This document shows, piece by piece, positions 31,144 through 41,537 of a stretch of DNA of 64,000 nucleotides (position 1 is the first letter of the stretch; the number at the start of each line of letters is the position of its first letter). The DNA lies in the IMG/VR virus record IMGVR_UViG_3300027659_000011, positions 64,413 through 128,412 of that record, one strand, 5' to 3'. The stretch is from a virus. Both the position numbers and the translations under genes were made by a program. The notes beneath the pieces were generated by a model, which was not told the origin of the DNA, did not search any database, and was given only the letters and a program-made list of their open reading frames with translations.

Positions 31144-31325
31144 CATTCTGCTACTGGTTGAGCAGCAGGTTCAGCAGCGGTAATTTCAGCGAAATCTTTA
31201 ATCATTTTGCTAATCAGTGGCTGAGATACTTTAAAAGGTAACTCGCTAAGAGAAGCAATAATCATATTTAATTCATCTTGAGTAAAGCTCATGCTGTACT
31301 GTTTTGGGGGTTCAATTTGTTCCAT
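31143..31325 (-). CDS. hypothetical protein
   Basis: 60 aa; L.ELPFK.S.PLI motif. Confidence 0.6.
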   Translation of the reverse strand: MEQIEPPKQYSMSFTQDELNMIIASLSELPFKVSQPLISKMIKDFAEITAAEPAAQPVAE

Positions 31326-33290
31326 TTATTTTATAGGGCAAGCGCCAGTTGAGCAGTCATCAGATACAATTTCGTCAAAACTATTTGTATCGTCTAAACT
31401 AACGGGTTGAAGAAACTTAATGTATTCGTTATAATCTTGTTCACTTACTACTTCTTGTGGAAGATATAAATATCCAAGATCTTTAGCTGTCATACTTGGA
31501 TCAGTACGATAGATAAAGCTAACACCTACATAGCAATCCCAGTTATTTAGCAGCCACTGAATAATATCTTCTACTTCGTCTAAGGAGTAAGAGATCGTTA
31601 CTGAAGTGTTCTGCTGAGTCCAGCTGGTCTGGATTAATTTGTATTTCTCTAGCTGTTCTACTGCGGAGTCTAAGTTTACTTCCTTACCATTAACTTTATG
31701 GAAAGGAACATCATCCCACTTTACTGGGAAAGTAATTAAAACACCTGAATCATCAGTTGGATGATTGATAACAGTATATCCAGCAGCTTTTAATTTTTCA
31801 ACTACTGGATCGTATTTAGAGAACTGAACATTGTTAAAAATATATTTACCCAAAGGCTTATGAATACCTTCAGTAGTGTCCATAATTTTACTTAATGTAC
31901 CTGAAGGTTTAACACAAGTAATATTTTTAGGGCTAGGTAAATCTAATTCATCTGACATACCAATAGCAGCAGCAGTTGCTGTGCGTTTTAGATATTCGTA
32001 ATCATATCCACCCATATCAGGGCGTTTGGCAATACCAGTAAGGCCGACACCGCACAGACGAAGAAAATAGTTATTAAGATGCCAAGATTCTTGAAGGATA
32101 CCATCATTTAAGTTTACGCAAGTTTGGCGATAGTTTGCTCGTGCAGCAAGTCTGATCGCTTCATGTAAGCCTGCAGTATCTCCTTTGAATTTACCAATAT
32201 CTGTTTCGGTAAGATTACAGAACGATTTATTTCCCAAAAGGATTTCAACGCACGGGTTGCATCCTGAGAACCAAGGGGCTCTACGGGTAGCTTCCACTGC
32301 ATTAATAAATCCAGGTTCACTACCGCCTGCATCTTCCATGAGATCAAATATTTTTCGTAGATCTTCATAAAGGGGTTTTTCTTTAAATACTAGGGAGTTA
32401 TTAGACTGTTGGCGGTGTGAATTATTATGCAACCACCAATCTTTTTTAGCTACTGCAAATTCTTCCCACTCTGGTTGTCCGTATTCAAATAGAGCGATCT
32501 CAGCACTTCTACGACTACTAAGAATGGTACCAAGATGATTGATAATATCAAGAATATCCATGCGAGTGAGCAGACTATCAGCCCTGCCGTTAAGTATATT
32601 AGCAATTGCCACATAAGCTGTGCTGATTGCCGAATCGCCTGAGCTAATCCATCCATATCCTTTTAACCTTTCACCTGCTGGTCGTAACTGCGAGAAATCT
32701 AGTACTAACTCTTTAGCAGGATATTTACCTGCCATTAGTTTACCTACTGATTTAGCCCAAGCTTCTGCGGAATCACCGACCTGAATAGTCCATGTTTTAT
32801 TTTCTGAGTCCCAGGTTTCTGTATTGTGCTCGTTACCACCTTTAGCAGTACGAGTTGATCGCACTACTCTGATATTTTTAATTGGCTTTGAGAAACCATT
32901 TAGTGTTCCAACTACTGGTTTAAACCCAACTCCGCATCCTTGTAGTAATAGCCATAGGCAGTCTACTACGTCATAAATTGTTTCTACTTGTGTAAATGAA
33001 CAATTAAATTGTGATGCTTCTCTTTTTTGGGCGACTGTTGTACCGCCTAACCAAAGAGAACGACCGCTCATAGAGACTTTACGATCTAACATTAGCTGCT
33101 CTAAATCATATAGTTCAGCAAATTCAAGATCTGTTAACTCTCTATTAGCGGCTCGTTCCCATAACCATTGTTGATGGTCTATTACTCTGGAAACTGTTTG
33201 TTCCCAGCTTTCAAATTGTTTTCCGTCGTCTGTAAGTGGTCTGTTGTATGTTCTTCGTGTTATTACTTGTGCTCTTGTGGATACATTCAT
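31326..33290 (-). CDS. nrdJ: class II (adenosylcobalamin-dependent) ribonucleotide reductase
   Basis: RRTYNR, FNC, NPC.EI, CNL.E, T.VKPSGT.S, C-terminal C.TGACPIK; no beta subunit adjacent. Confidence 0.88.
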   Translation of the reverse strand: MNVSTRAQVITRRTYNRPLTDDGKQFESWEQTVSRVIDHQQWLWERAANRELTDLEFAELYDLEQLMLDRKVSMSGRSLWLGGTTVAQKREASQFNCSFTQVETIYDVVDCLWLLLQGCGVGFKPVVGTLNGFSKPIKNIRVVRSTRTAKGGNEHNTETWDSENKTWTIQVGDSAEAWAKSVGKLMAGKYPAKELVLDFSQLRPAGERLKGYGWISSGDSAISTAYVAIANILNGRADSLLTRMDILDIINHLGTILSSRRSAEIALFEYGQPEWEEFAVAKKDWWLHNNSHRQQSNNSLVFKEKPLYEDLRKIFDLMEDAGGSEPGFINAVEATRRAPWFSGCNPCVEILLGNKSFCNLTETDIGKFKGDTAGLHEAIRLAARANYRQTCVNLNDGILQESWHLNNYFLRLCGVGLTGIAKRPDMGGYDYEYLKRTATAAAIGMSDELDLPSPKNITCVKPSGTLSKIMDTTEGIHKPLGKYIFNNVQFSKYDPVVEKLKAAGYTVINHPTDDSGVLITFPVKWDDVPFHKVNGKEVNLDSAVEQLEKYKLIQTSWTQQNTSVTISYSLDEVEDIIQWLLNNWDCYVGVSFIYRTDPSMTAKDLGYLYLPQEVVSEQDYNEYIKFLQPVSLDDTNSFDEIVSDDCSTGACPIK

Positions 33291-33727
33291 TCTACCCCTT
33301 CTCTAGTTATAAAACTAGCTAATATTTCTTGTTCTGGTCTATTCAAATTTGTAAACATATATGCATTGTCTTGCTTACACAGTTCTAATGCAGTTTTTTC
33401 TGAAATAACCCTACTAGACACGATTGTTTCTGTTAAATGTTCTTGCGAAAACTCTTTAGCTTGATTCATAGTAACTGTATCTAATGCCCATTCTTGTTTG
33501 CCTTTTGGCACTTCTACTAAATATCTTATACGAAACTGATTTACACACTCTACTAAAACAAGATCCATCTCTTGCTTATGTAAAGACCATGAACCATTAC
33601 CTAGATCTGTCCATTCTAGTTTATCTCCTTCTTTCCAGCCAGTAGACTGTAAAAGATCGGTAGGAAATTCTAGTATACCATCCCCTGTATCGGGGTCTTC
33701 TTGAATAGTTAGAGTCCAGCGGTTCAT
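33287..33727 (-). CDS. AbrB-like N-terminal domain protein
   Basis: ILEFP..LL...GWKEGD.LEW. Confidence 0.55.
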   Translation of the reverse strand: MNRWTLTIQEDPDTGDGILEFPTDLLQSTGWKEGDKLEWTDLGNGSWSLHKQEMDLVLVECVNQFRIRYLVEVPKGKQEWALDTVTMNQAKEFSQEHLTETIVSSRVISEKTALELCKQDNAYMFTNLNRPEQEILASFITREGVE

Positions 33728-33736
33728 AGTATTATT

Positions 33737-33982
33737 TTAGGTTAAATCAAACATATAGTTAACATCTTCTTCAGGAATATCACGAGTAATCGTTAATTCC
33801 ATTTCATCGAGGTCAAAACCTTCATCTTCAAATAAGCCACCAAGCTCATAGGCTGCTTGTGAGCCCGCAGTGCCTTGACCTAATCTTACATGAGATACCA
33901 ATGTATTAATTGTGATTAAATGATCCTCTGTGAGACCTTTTAGTGTGTAATGACCATCTTTTTTATATTTAAGTTCTAACAT
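33737..33982 (-). CDS. hypothetical protein
   Basis: 81 aa ORF with AAGGA RBS. Confidence 0.6.
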   Translation of the reverse strand: MLELKYKKDGHYTLKGLTEDHLITINTLVSHVRLGQGTAGSQAAYELGGLFEDEGFDLDEMELTITRDIPEEDVNYMFDLT

Positions 33983-33997
33983 TTTATTTTCCTTTAT

Positions 33998-34474
33998 TTA
34001 AGTTCCTGTACTACCAAAACCACCTGTGCCACGTTCAGTATCGTTCCAAACGTCTACAAACTTAGGTAGTAAAACTGGCATAATTACCAGTTGAGCAATT
34101 CTATCACCACGAGAAATTTTATAAGGATCTTCTGAAATATTTTTCAAAAGCACTTTTATTTCTCCACGATAATCTGCATCAATAACGCCTACTGAGTGAG
34201 GGATAGTAATTCCCTTTTTACCCTGACTGCTTCTATTAAATACAAAGCCTGCATAGCCTTCTGGAATTTTTGTTGCTACTCCTGTGCCAACAAGTTTTTG
34301 TTCGCCAGGATAGATTTCCAAATCTTCTTTACTCATTAGGTCTGCACCAGCATCTGTGCAGTTTGCACGACGTGGCAGAAATTCTTTACTGTCTACTAAG
34401 CAGAAAATTTCGTTCTTAATTTCACAATCTCTAGCATAGTCCCATGTTCTATTAATATTCATAAAGTTGTTCAT
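33998..34474 (-). CDS. dut: trimeric dUTPase
   Basis: AGADL, RSS, GVIDADYRGE, RIAQL, RG.GGFGSTG. Confidence 0.95.
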   Translation of the reverse strand: MNNFMNINRTWDYARDCEIKNEIFCLVDSKEFLPRRANCTDAGADLMSKEDLEIYPGEQKLVGTGVATKIPEGYAGFVFNRSSQGKKGITIPHSVGVIDADYRGEIKVLLKNISEDPYKISRGDRIAQLVIMPVLLPKFVDVWNDTERGTGGFGSTGT

Positions 34475-35319
34475 TTTAAATAAAGTTCTAGGATTTCATC
34501 TATTTGTTTACAATTTTCAGTACCAATTGCTTCTTCACAAAAGGTAACCAAATCCATTAATTTATAATTTAATTCTAATTGATCTTTACATTGATTTAGG
34601 GCTTCGATGTATTTATACTTACCACTAATTGGAATACTCGCAATAATATCGTAAGTACTGCCGTATTCATTAACCAATCCCACGGCTCGCTTAGGTCCAA
34701 TACCAGGCACCCCAATAACATTATCACCACTATCGCCTGTAAGACATTTAATGCTAATATAGTCTTCGGGCTGGAAATCATAATGGTCATTCCAGTTATC
34801 AACTGTGATTTCTTTTCTGGTGACATAACTAAATCTTGATACTTTAGGTTGAACTAGCAAATCCCAATCCTTATCGGAGGATACTAGCCAGATCTGGTCT
34901 AACTCATAACGCTTGCGTTTTGCTACTATGTAAGCTGCAATATCGTCTGCTTCAACTCCCTGAAAACGAACTACAGGAAACTTGCCTTCTTCTTCGTACA
35001 TAGATAAAATCTTTTGTACTTCTGCAAAGAATTCTTCAAACTCTTGTTGTTCTTCTTCAGTTTGGTTTGCGTATTTATCTTTACGATTCTGTTTATAAAG
35101 CGGATAAATTGCTTTACGATATGAACTTGAGCCCATATCGCCTGCAATTATAAGTTTTTTAGTTTTATAAGATTTTTGCAGGCTCTCGACTGTTCTCATA
35201 TAGTCAGTAGCAAAATCTACTGCCTTTGAGTGTTTATATCGAAATGCAAGATTCAAGGAATCCAAAATCATTAACGATTTAGGGTCAGTGTGGTTTATTT
35301 GTTCAAATGTTTTTGTCAT
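34471..35319 (-). CDS. 5'-3' flap endonuclease (T5 D15-like)
   Basis: YK.NR, EADD, S.DKD, GD.GDN..GVPGIG.K.A. Confidence 0.92.
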   Translation of the reverse strand: MTKTFEQINHTDPKSLMILDSLNLAFRYKHSKAVDFATDYMRTVESLQKSYKTKKLIIAGDMGSSSYRKAIYPLYKQNRKDKYANQTEEEQQEFEEFFAEVQKILSMYEEEGKFPVVRFQGVEADDIAAYIVAKRKRYELDQIWLVSSDKDWDLLVQPKVSRFSYVTRKEITVDNWNDHYDFQPEDYISIKCLTGDSGDNVIGVPGIGPKRAVGLVNEYGSTYDIIASIPISGKYKYIEALNQCKDQLELNYKLMDLVTFCEEAIGTENCKQIDEILELYLK

Positions 35320-35325
35320 GTGAAT

Positions 35326-35354
35326 ATTATATCAAAATTGACAAGATGTGTCAA
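35326..35354 (-). promoter_or_regulatory. sigma70 promoter
   Basis: TTGACA-17-TATAAT on the minus strand. Confidence 0.85.
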
Positions 35355-35803
35355 GAGATAAATTTTGGATCCTCGTACTTCACAAAGTCTTCCAGTAAGG
35401 AAACATAGACTTCATAACCCAATGCATTTATAAATATATATCTATAATCACAAGTAGGCATAGCTTCAAATGCACAGAATACTTTTGAACGATCATGTTT
35501 AAATATAAGCAAAGGAGTTTTATCAACCTGTTTACCTTGTCTTACTGCTTGTGACCACCACTCAAAAAATTGAGGACTTTTACCACTAAGAATAGCACTT
35601 GTTAAATGATCTTCTTCGTAGTGTTTTACCTCTACTGAATAAAGATTCTTTTCACCTGGCACGTATAGATCACCCTTTAATTGGTGTCTAGGGTCAAGAG
35701 CACCTGATGCAGGCACCCTTTCCCATTTTAGACTTGTTGCTTGACGTAATTGATCACGTATAAGAGTCTCTGCTCTAGCACCTTTAGCTCTAGGGTCAAC
35801 CAT
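35351..35803 (-). CDS. Holliday junction resolvase-like nuclease (T5 D14-like)
   Basis: R.KG..AE, R.P.SGA, GD, EVK PD-(D/E)xK pattern. Confidence 0.8.
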   Translation of the reverse strand: MVDPRAKGARAETLIRDQLRQATSLKWERVPASGALDPRHQLKGDLYVPGEKNLYSVEVKHYEEDHLTSAILSGKSPQFFEWWSQAVRQGKQVDKTPLLIFKHDRSKVFCAFEAMPTCDYRYIFINALGYEVYVSLLEDFVKYEDPKFIS

Positions 35804-37604
35804 TGTCTATCCTTGATATATTTCGTTGTTTTACTACTTGCAACTTTTCTAGCAAAGGATGTGAGAATCCATGAGATATTAGGAAGGTGTTTAAGTTTTC
35901 TTCTTTCAAGAGAACTTCAATTAACTTTTCTTTACCTTCTGCATCTAGATTCTCTACTGTTTCATCTAGAATTAGTAGATTAGTTCTAGAGTTAGATAAA
36001 GTTTGCATTAGTTTGCGAATAGCAAGTAATGTAGCTACATTAACACGAGCACGTTCTCCACTAGATAAAGCTAAGATATCTACATCATGACTATTATCTG
36101 TAATAACAACATTTAACTTATCTGAGGAAGCGATTTTAAAAGATAATTGAAATCTTCCATCTGCTAACTCAGCTAAATACTCATTGGTAAGAGTTTCCAG
36201 ATCTTTAACTAGACACTCTATTTTATAAGCTACTAACCCTGTTGTAGAGAAGGCTTTTACTAAAACCTGTAAATTAGATAATTCTGAGGTATGTGTAACT
36301 AACTCAGCTGTATATTCTGCTAGCTCAGAACGCATATCTGCCATTTGACTAGAAATAACTGTTACTTTTGAGTTATGCTCATTAACAGTTTTATTCTTAT
36401 TACGTACTTTGGTAATTGCGTTATTAATTTCATTAATAACTTTTTCTAGTTCAGTAATTTTATTAGATAGTTCGTTCTTATCCAATACTTCACTAGTGAG
36501 GTCGTTATCAATTAAAGCGTAATACTTTTCCCACTCAGAAAAGTTTTTCTGGTAAGATTGATAGTTTGCTACTTTGCTATCTAAAGTTTTTATTTGCGCT
36601 TTAATATTAACAATATCTTCTTCAAGACCTACCTTATTTACATTGAACTGCTCTACTAAGCTAAACATCGTACTGTTATCCATATCTTGAGAACAGGTAG
36701 GGCATTTAATAGTAGGGCCAGAACATTTTTTAGATAATGCAATACCTTCTTTAAGCTGATAATCTTTGTTTGCAAGTTTAGTTTTTAAACCCGCCAATAC
36801 TGAATCATCTACCTTTTCTGGTACAGGATCATCTACTACTATTTTTGATAAAACTTGTTTGTACGTATTATTTTGAACTATTTTTCTATTAGTAGACTCT
36901 ATGTTAGTTAGTTCATGTTTTAATAAAGTTGTTTTTGATACTAATTCGCTAGGAGCACTAGGTTCCTCTTCTAGTTCTTTTAAAGTTAGATCTTCTTTTT
37001 CATACTTAGTTAACCAAGCCCTAACTGTAGATAGCTTGGCTTGTACAGCATCAACTTGTTTATTAGCATCTGATGCTAATTCTTTAAATCTTTCAGATGC
37101 CTTAGTATATATCGATAGATTTAGTAATTCTATTAAGAACTTTTTTCTAGCAGTATCTGTTGCTGTTAAAAACTCTAAACTAGAAACACTACTCTGATAA
37201 ACAATTTGGCTAAAAGTTTTATGATCAAAGCCGATTATACCTTCTATCTGTTTATATGTATTAGTACTAGTATGACTACTAATATCTTTACCATCTTTAT
37301 ATAACTTTATAGTAGTTGAAGCACTACTTCTATTAGTTTTAATAGTATAATCAGAATTATCTTTATTAAAGTCTAGTTCTATTGAATAAGACTTATCAGA
37401 GCTATATCTATTTAATATATCTGCTTTTTTTATTTTTTTGGAGTTTTGGTTGTATAATACTTCTTCCAAGATAAGTGCAATAGAACTTTTACCGTGTCCA
37501 TTTTTACCAACTATTTGTGTAAGTGGTGCACTATCTAATTTAATTGTATTATCTATACCATATGAAAAAGCATTACCCCATCTAATTTCTTTAAATGTAA
37601 TCAT
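35796..37604 (-). CDS. SbcC/Rad50-like ATPase (T5 D13-like)
   Basis: G.NG.GKS, CPTC zinc hook, LSSGE, LILDE. Confidence 0.92.
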   Translation of the reverse strand: MITFKEIRWGNAFSYGIDNTIKLDSAPLTQIVGKNGHGKSSIALILEEVLYNQNSKKIKKADILNRYSSDKSYSIELDFNKDNSDYTIKTNRSSASTTIKLYKDGKDISSHTSTNTYKQIEGIIGFDHKTFSQIVYQSSVSSLEFLTATDTARKKFLIELLNLSIYTKASERFKELASDANKQVDAVQAKLSTVRAWLTKYEKEDLTLKELEEEPSAPSELVSKTTLLKHELTNIESTNRKIVQNNTYKQVLSKIVVDDPVPEKVDDSVLAGLKTKLANKDYQLKEGIALSKKCSGPTIKCPTCSQDMDNSTMFSLVEQFNVNKVGLEEDIVNIKAQIKTLDSKVANYQSYQKNFSEWEKYYALIDNDLTSEVLDKNELSNKITELEKVINEINNAITKVRNKNKTVNEHNSKVTVISSQMADMRSELAEYTAELVTHTSELSNLQVLVKAFSTTGLVAYKIECLVKDLETLTNEYLAELADGRFQLSFKIASSDKLNVVITDNSHDVDILALSSGERARVNVATLLAIRKLMQTLSNSRTNLLILDETVENLDAEGKEKLIEVLLKEENLNTFLISHGFSHPLLEKLQVVKQRNISRIDNG

Positions 37605-38557
37605 TCTGTAGTAATCTTATCCAAATTGTTATTTAACACTTGTACTATACTTTCAACAGTATTATCTGGTAGTTGCAAGATGTACAATAAATACTCTTTT
37701 AACTCAGCTGCTAAAGTCATACTAGGATCTAAAATTAGTGCAGTGTCTGTTTCTCTTCGCACTATTTTTTTATCTATTAGAGTGTTATCCTCCATGGCGC
37801 CCAGCTCACTCATGTCACCTTCAACTTCATATATGGTATGATCGTAGTCAGTACCTGGCATTTGTTCACCTGCCTTGATAGTTTTACGAATAAGTTGTGG
37901 TAGCTGTAGTTCTCGCCACTCATGTTCTAAACTATCCGTATCAAGTATAATAACTCCAGTAGCCACATTATGACGATGAAAGCTAGTAGTGACTGGACTT
38001 CCAGGATAGAGAATGTTTCTTTGAGAATTTTCATAACTGTGTAAATCCCCTGCTAAAACAACATCGTAGTCGGCAAACAGCTCTAGATCCATTTCAGGTT
38101 TTACGTGCGGGGGTATTTCCCCACGAACATGAGTAAAACATATCTTACCAGGATTTATGTGTGGAGATGCTTCAAAATCTTTTAGTTTATTATACGGAAT
38201 AAAATCCATATCTTCTAAAGAATAAAAATCATCTATTACTGTAACATCTTTGTTTAGTCTCTGTGTACTACGCTTTAAACTAGTAAAGAAAGTAGTATCT
38301 TTCTTTAAAGCTTCGTGATTGCCAGCATATATAATGCAAGGAATCGAAATGGAGGATATTAGATCAAAATATATTTCTAACTCATCCATTGTAGGCATAC
38401 GATCAAATATATCGCCGCCCAATACTAAAAGGTCACATTCTTGTTGAATATCTCTAAGCTGTTTAATAAACAGTTCATAGCGATTTTTAGCCCACTCTAC
38501 AGGAACATTTTTTTGACCTAATTTAATATGAATATCTGCTGTGAATAAAACTTTCAT
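37601..38557 (-). CDS. SbcD/Mre11-like nuclease (T5 D12-like)
   Basis: DIH, GDIFD, GNHE, GDLH, YPGS. Confidence 0.92.
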   Translation of the reverse strand: MKVLFTADIHIKLGQKNVPVEWAKNRYELFIKQLRDIQQECDLLVLGGDIFDRMPTMDELEIYFDLISSISIPCIIYAGNHEALKKDTTFFTSLKRSTQRLNKDVTVIDDFYSLEDMDFIPYNKLKDFEASPHINPGKICFTHVRGEIPPHVKPEMDLELFADYDVVLAGDLHSYENSQRNILYPGSPVTTSFHRHNVATGVIILDTDSLEHEWRELQLPQLIRKTIKAGEQMPGTDYDHTIYEVEGDMSELGAMEDNTLIDKKIVRRETDTALILDPSMTLAAELKEYLLYILQLPDNTVESIVQVLNNNLDKITTE

Positions 38558-38568
38558 TATTTATAGTC

Positions 38569-38604
38569 AAAAAAGCCCCTAAGTTAGTGATACTTAGGGG
38601 CTTT
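38569..38604 (-). terminator. intrinsic terminator
   Basis: aaaaaagcccctaagt...acttaggggcttt. Confidence 0.85.
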
Positions 38605-38608
38605 ATTA

Positions 38609-39250
38609 TTAAGCTGTTAAATCGCTAACTGCTTCAGAGTCTGTAGCAGAATCTTCTTCCGGTACAGCTCCAGTAACAATACGTTCTAGTGTAGCTTTTA
38701 CTTCTTCTGCAGTTTGACGTGGATATTTCATATCAATACTTTCAGAAGCTGTCGCCGCCTGTTTTTCTTCGTCAGTAAGTGGGCGTTTCTTGCAACGTAA
38801 TACTGATAAAGTATATTCTACGTTAAATGGCAAGGGTCCGGTCTTAACACGTTTGAATACAACATCCCACCCTGTATCAGTATCCGTAGGATCGCCTAAA
38901 TCTTCTGCAGCTGAACAAATTTGTTCAAATAATTTCTTTTTCAAATTAAGGATTTTTACTTTCCCATCTTTTAAGTCAATACAGTTAGCACTGTAAGACC
39001 AAGAACACTTCTTATCAGAAAAATATTCAGGAACATGATCATGTTCTTTATTGTTAAATTTTTCTGCATCACGATCAAAAGCTAAACACTCAACGGGAAT
39101 ATCCTTTCCGTTAGTACCTTTTAACCAATAAACGTAACGAGGTAAAATTCCCCCAATTAATCGTATTGTATTTTCTCCGTCTTTGTATTCAAAGGCGTCA
39201 AAAGATTTTTTAACTGCTTTACCTTTAGTTGCTGTAAATGCTAATGCCAT
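38609..39250 (-). CDS. ssDNA-binding protein (T5 D11-like)
   Basis: LPRYVYW, C.WSY, LKKKLF.QI, GDPTD...GWD; acidic tail; synteny. Confidence 0.7.
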   Translation of the reverse strand: MALAFTATKGKAVKKSFDAFEYKDGENTIRLIGGILPRYVYWLKGTNGKDIPVECLAFDRDAEKFNNKEHDHVPEYFSDKKCSWSYSANCIDLKDGKVKILNLKKKLFEQICSAAEDLGDPTDTDTGWDVVFKRVKTGPLPFNVEYTLSVLRCKKRPLTDEEKQAATASESIDMKYPRQTAEEVKATLERIVTGAVPEEDSATDSEAVSDLTA

Positions 39251-39252
39251 TT

Positions 39253-39633
39253 TTAATTTTCCTCGTATTTAAAGAGTATTTCTGTTTCTGTTATTATTAA
39301 TAACGGATTGTTTTTAATTAGATCAATGTTTATATCGGGGAAATAGGATAATTCTAATCCTCGATATTTGTACTGTTTATATAAATTGTAATCACGTCTA
39401 GCTGCTAGTTTTAGATATTGAATTTTGAATAGTATATCTGTTGACTTATCTGCAAATAGGGGTGCTGGATTTAATATAAAACAGCTACCAGTTAGAGGTA
39501 TTTTGCTTGGTTTAAACCTAGAGTACTTTAATGGCAATTTTTTAGAATAATGATATTCTAGCATAGCCATAAATTTACTCGCATCACCGTTTGACTGTTC
39601 TTCAAGTGTTTTTAGGTTAAAGAATAGAGCCAT
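39253..39633 (-). CDS. conserved T5-like hypothetical protein
   Basis: Start at MALFFN downstream of promoter; position between D10 and D11. Confidence 0.6.
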   Translation of the reverse strand: MALFFNLKTLEEQSNGDASKFMAMLEYHYSKKLPLKYSRFKPSKIPLTGSCFILNPAPLFADKSTDILFKIQYLKLAARRDYNLYKQYKYRGLELSYFPDINIDLIKNNPLLIITETEILFKYEEN

Positions 39634-39652
39634 AATTACTGCTGGAACATAT

Positions 39653-39681
39653 ATTATATCACTGTTTAAATACATTTGCAA
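39653..39681 (-). promoter_or_regulatory. sigma70 promoter
   Basis: TTGCAA-17-TATAAT. Confidence 0.75.
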
Positions 39682-39690
39682 GTGTATTTT

Positions 39691-40986
39691 TTACAAGCCT
39701 AATATAGTCCATCCCTTTCGCAAATAAAATGCTATACGGTCTTTGTTTTGTTTTCTATCGCTTACCCCACTAAACTGCATATCTAGAACTAAGGGCGATA
39801 ATTTATTTTCATGCTGACGCATTATTCGCCCAATAATTTGTTCTAGTAAACCATCATTGGCGATAGGTACTGCTAAGATTACACAGCTAAGGATATTGAC
39901 CGATATACCTTCTGCAAAGATTTGTCGGCTTCCAGCAATGCAATTCTTTTTTCCTGATTCAACTTGTTCTTTGAGCAGGACTCTTTCTTCATAGGTTGTT
40001 CCACCAGTAATGCACACACACGTTTCACCAATTAGTTCTCCTACTTGTTGTAAAAACTCTACCCTATCTGCAACTATAAGCACTTTATGACCTTTAGCAA
40101 TCTGAAGATTTGCTGCTGCAGCTATAAATCTTTGATAATCTGTGTCATATAGTAAGTTGTTAATTTTCTTAACCCAAGTGTCTCCAGGAGACAGCGCAAT
40201 TCCAGTTTTTACTATTTGAACTGTAGGTGTTAATGTGTTTTCTTGAGGTGGTTGATATAGTTTACTACCAAAGAAGTCTCTAAATAGTACTTGCTTGCCA
40301 TCTTTACGCTGCATAGTACCACTAAGACCTATTTTATATCTAGCATACATACCATCAATAAATGTTGTAAAAGTACTGGCGGGGCAGTGGTGTGCTTCGT
40401 CAACTATAACAGTACCAAACTCTTTGCAAATTTTAGGCACTAACTTAGTTAAGGTTTGAATATTGCCTACAACTATAGAGTGATCAATATCAAACTCTCC
40501 TGAACCAATTACACCTACAGGCATTTCAAATAGTTTTTCTACTTCTTCTACCCACTGATCTCTAAGCATTGTATTATGGCATACAATCAAAGTCTTTTGA
40601 CCTAGCTTCCTAGCAATATGTAGGGCAGTGAATGTCTTACCCCAACCTACCATAGCATTAATAAAGCAAGTATCATCTACTTCATTAAATACGTCAAGTT
40701 GTGTTCCTCTTAGTGGAAATTTAGGGTCAGGGAAGGGAAGATCACATATAATTCTTTTATCTTGAATTTCATAATTCTCAGGAATTAAATCAATTCTACC
40801 AACTGGTATAGACATAATACTATTAGGAAGTACTTTATAGTTTTTTATTATATCGTATTGTACAAAATGGTTTTTAACACCAGGAATATTTCTACGTATT
40901 TTATAAGTAAGATTATTAATTAATTTTTTTGCTATCTCAGGCGTAACATCCAAATATATTTTATTTGAAATTATAGCTTTTGCCAT
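39691..40986 (-). CDS. SF2 helicase (T5 D10/UvsW-like)
   Basis: G.GKT, DEAHH, LSGT, EQ.IGRI.R. Confidence 0.9.
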   Translation of the reverse strand: MAKAIISNKIYLDVTPEIAKKLINNLTYKIRRNIPGVKNHFVQYDIIKNYKVLPNSIMSIPVGRIDLIPENYEIQDKRIICDLPFPDPKFPLRGTQLDVFNEVDDTCFINAMVGWGKTFTALHIARKLGQKTLIVCHNTMLRDQWVEEVEKLFEMPVGVIGSGEFDIDHSIVVGNIQTLTKLVPKICKEFGTVIVDEAHHCPASTFTTFIDGMYARYKIGLSGTMQRKDGKQVLFRDFFGSKLYQPPQENTLTPTVQIVKTGIALSPGDTWVKKINNLLYDTDYQRFIAAAANLQIAKGHKVLIVADRVEFLQQVGELIGETCVCITGGTTYEERVLLKEQVESGKKNCIAGSRQIFAEGISVNILSCVILAVPIANDGLLEQIIGRIMRQHENKLSPLVLDMQFSGVSDRKQNKDRIAFYLRKGWTILGL

Positions 40987-41537
40987 TATATCCTTCTCCA
41001 AGTTTTTGAGTGTTCCTGACTATAAAAACCATATAAAATTAAAGATTTTCCATAGTTTAAAATGCCTGCATATCTATTAGCACTTTCAGGAGTATATAAG
41101 GCTTTAAATCTAGTACTTATATTTTCTACTTCTATTATAGCACCACCAGTTTTAATTGGTATTACTTGTATAACTTTATGAAAAGTTAATTCAGCTTTAG
41201 TGCTTTTTATATATTTAAATATTACACCTTTGGAATCTATAAACCAAGTATGTGGTGTAGATAATTTTATTAAATCACCTAAAAAGTAAATTGCTTTACT
41301 TATTTTAAATAAATCAATATTTTCTGATTTTAATTTAAGTCTGCGTAAGGATAAAGTATCTTTTTTAATATTTAGATCATCTACTATTTTTAATTTACTA
41401 ACTTGTTCCTGCTCATCGGAAACATATTGATATAAGTAAAATATTACCCCATCAACAGTTTCCGGTTTATTTAAACCTAGTTTAAATATTGGATAAGCTA
41501 GTTCCTTCAATGAGATACTGTTTATCGAATTTTCCAA
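40986..41537 (-). CDS. conserved T5-like hypothetical protein
   Basis: Between polymerase and D10; start uncertain. Confidence 0.6.
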   Translation of the reverse strand: MENSINSISLKELAYPIFKLGLNKPETVDGVIFYLYQYVSDEQEQVSKLKIVDDLNIKKDTLSLRRLKLKSENIDLFKISKAIYFLGDLIKLSTPHTWFIDSKGVIFKYIKSTKAELTFHKVIQVIPIKTGGAIIEVENISTRFKALYTPESANRYAGILNYGKSLILYGFYSQEHSKTWRRI

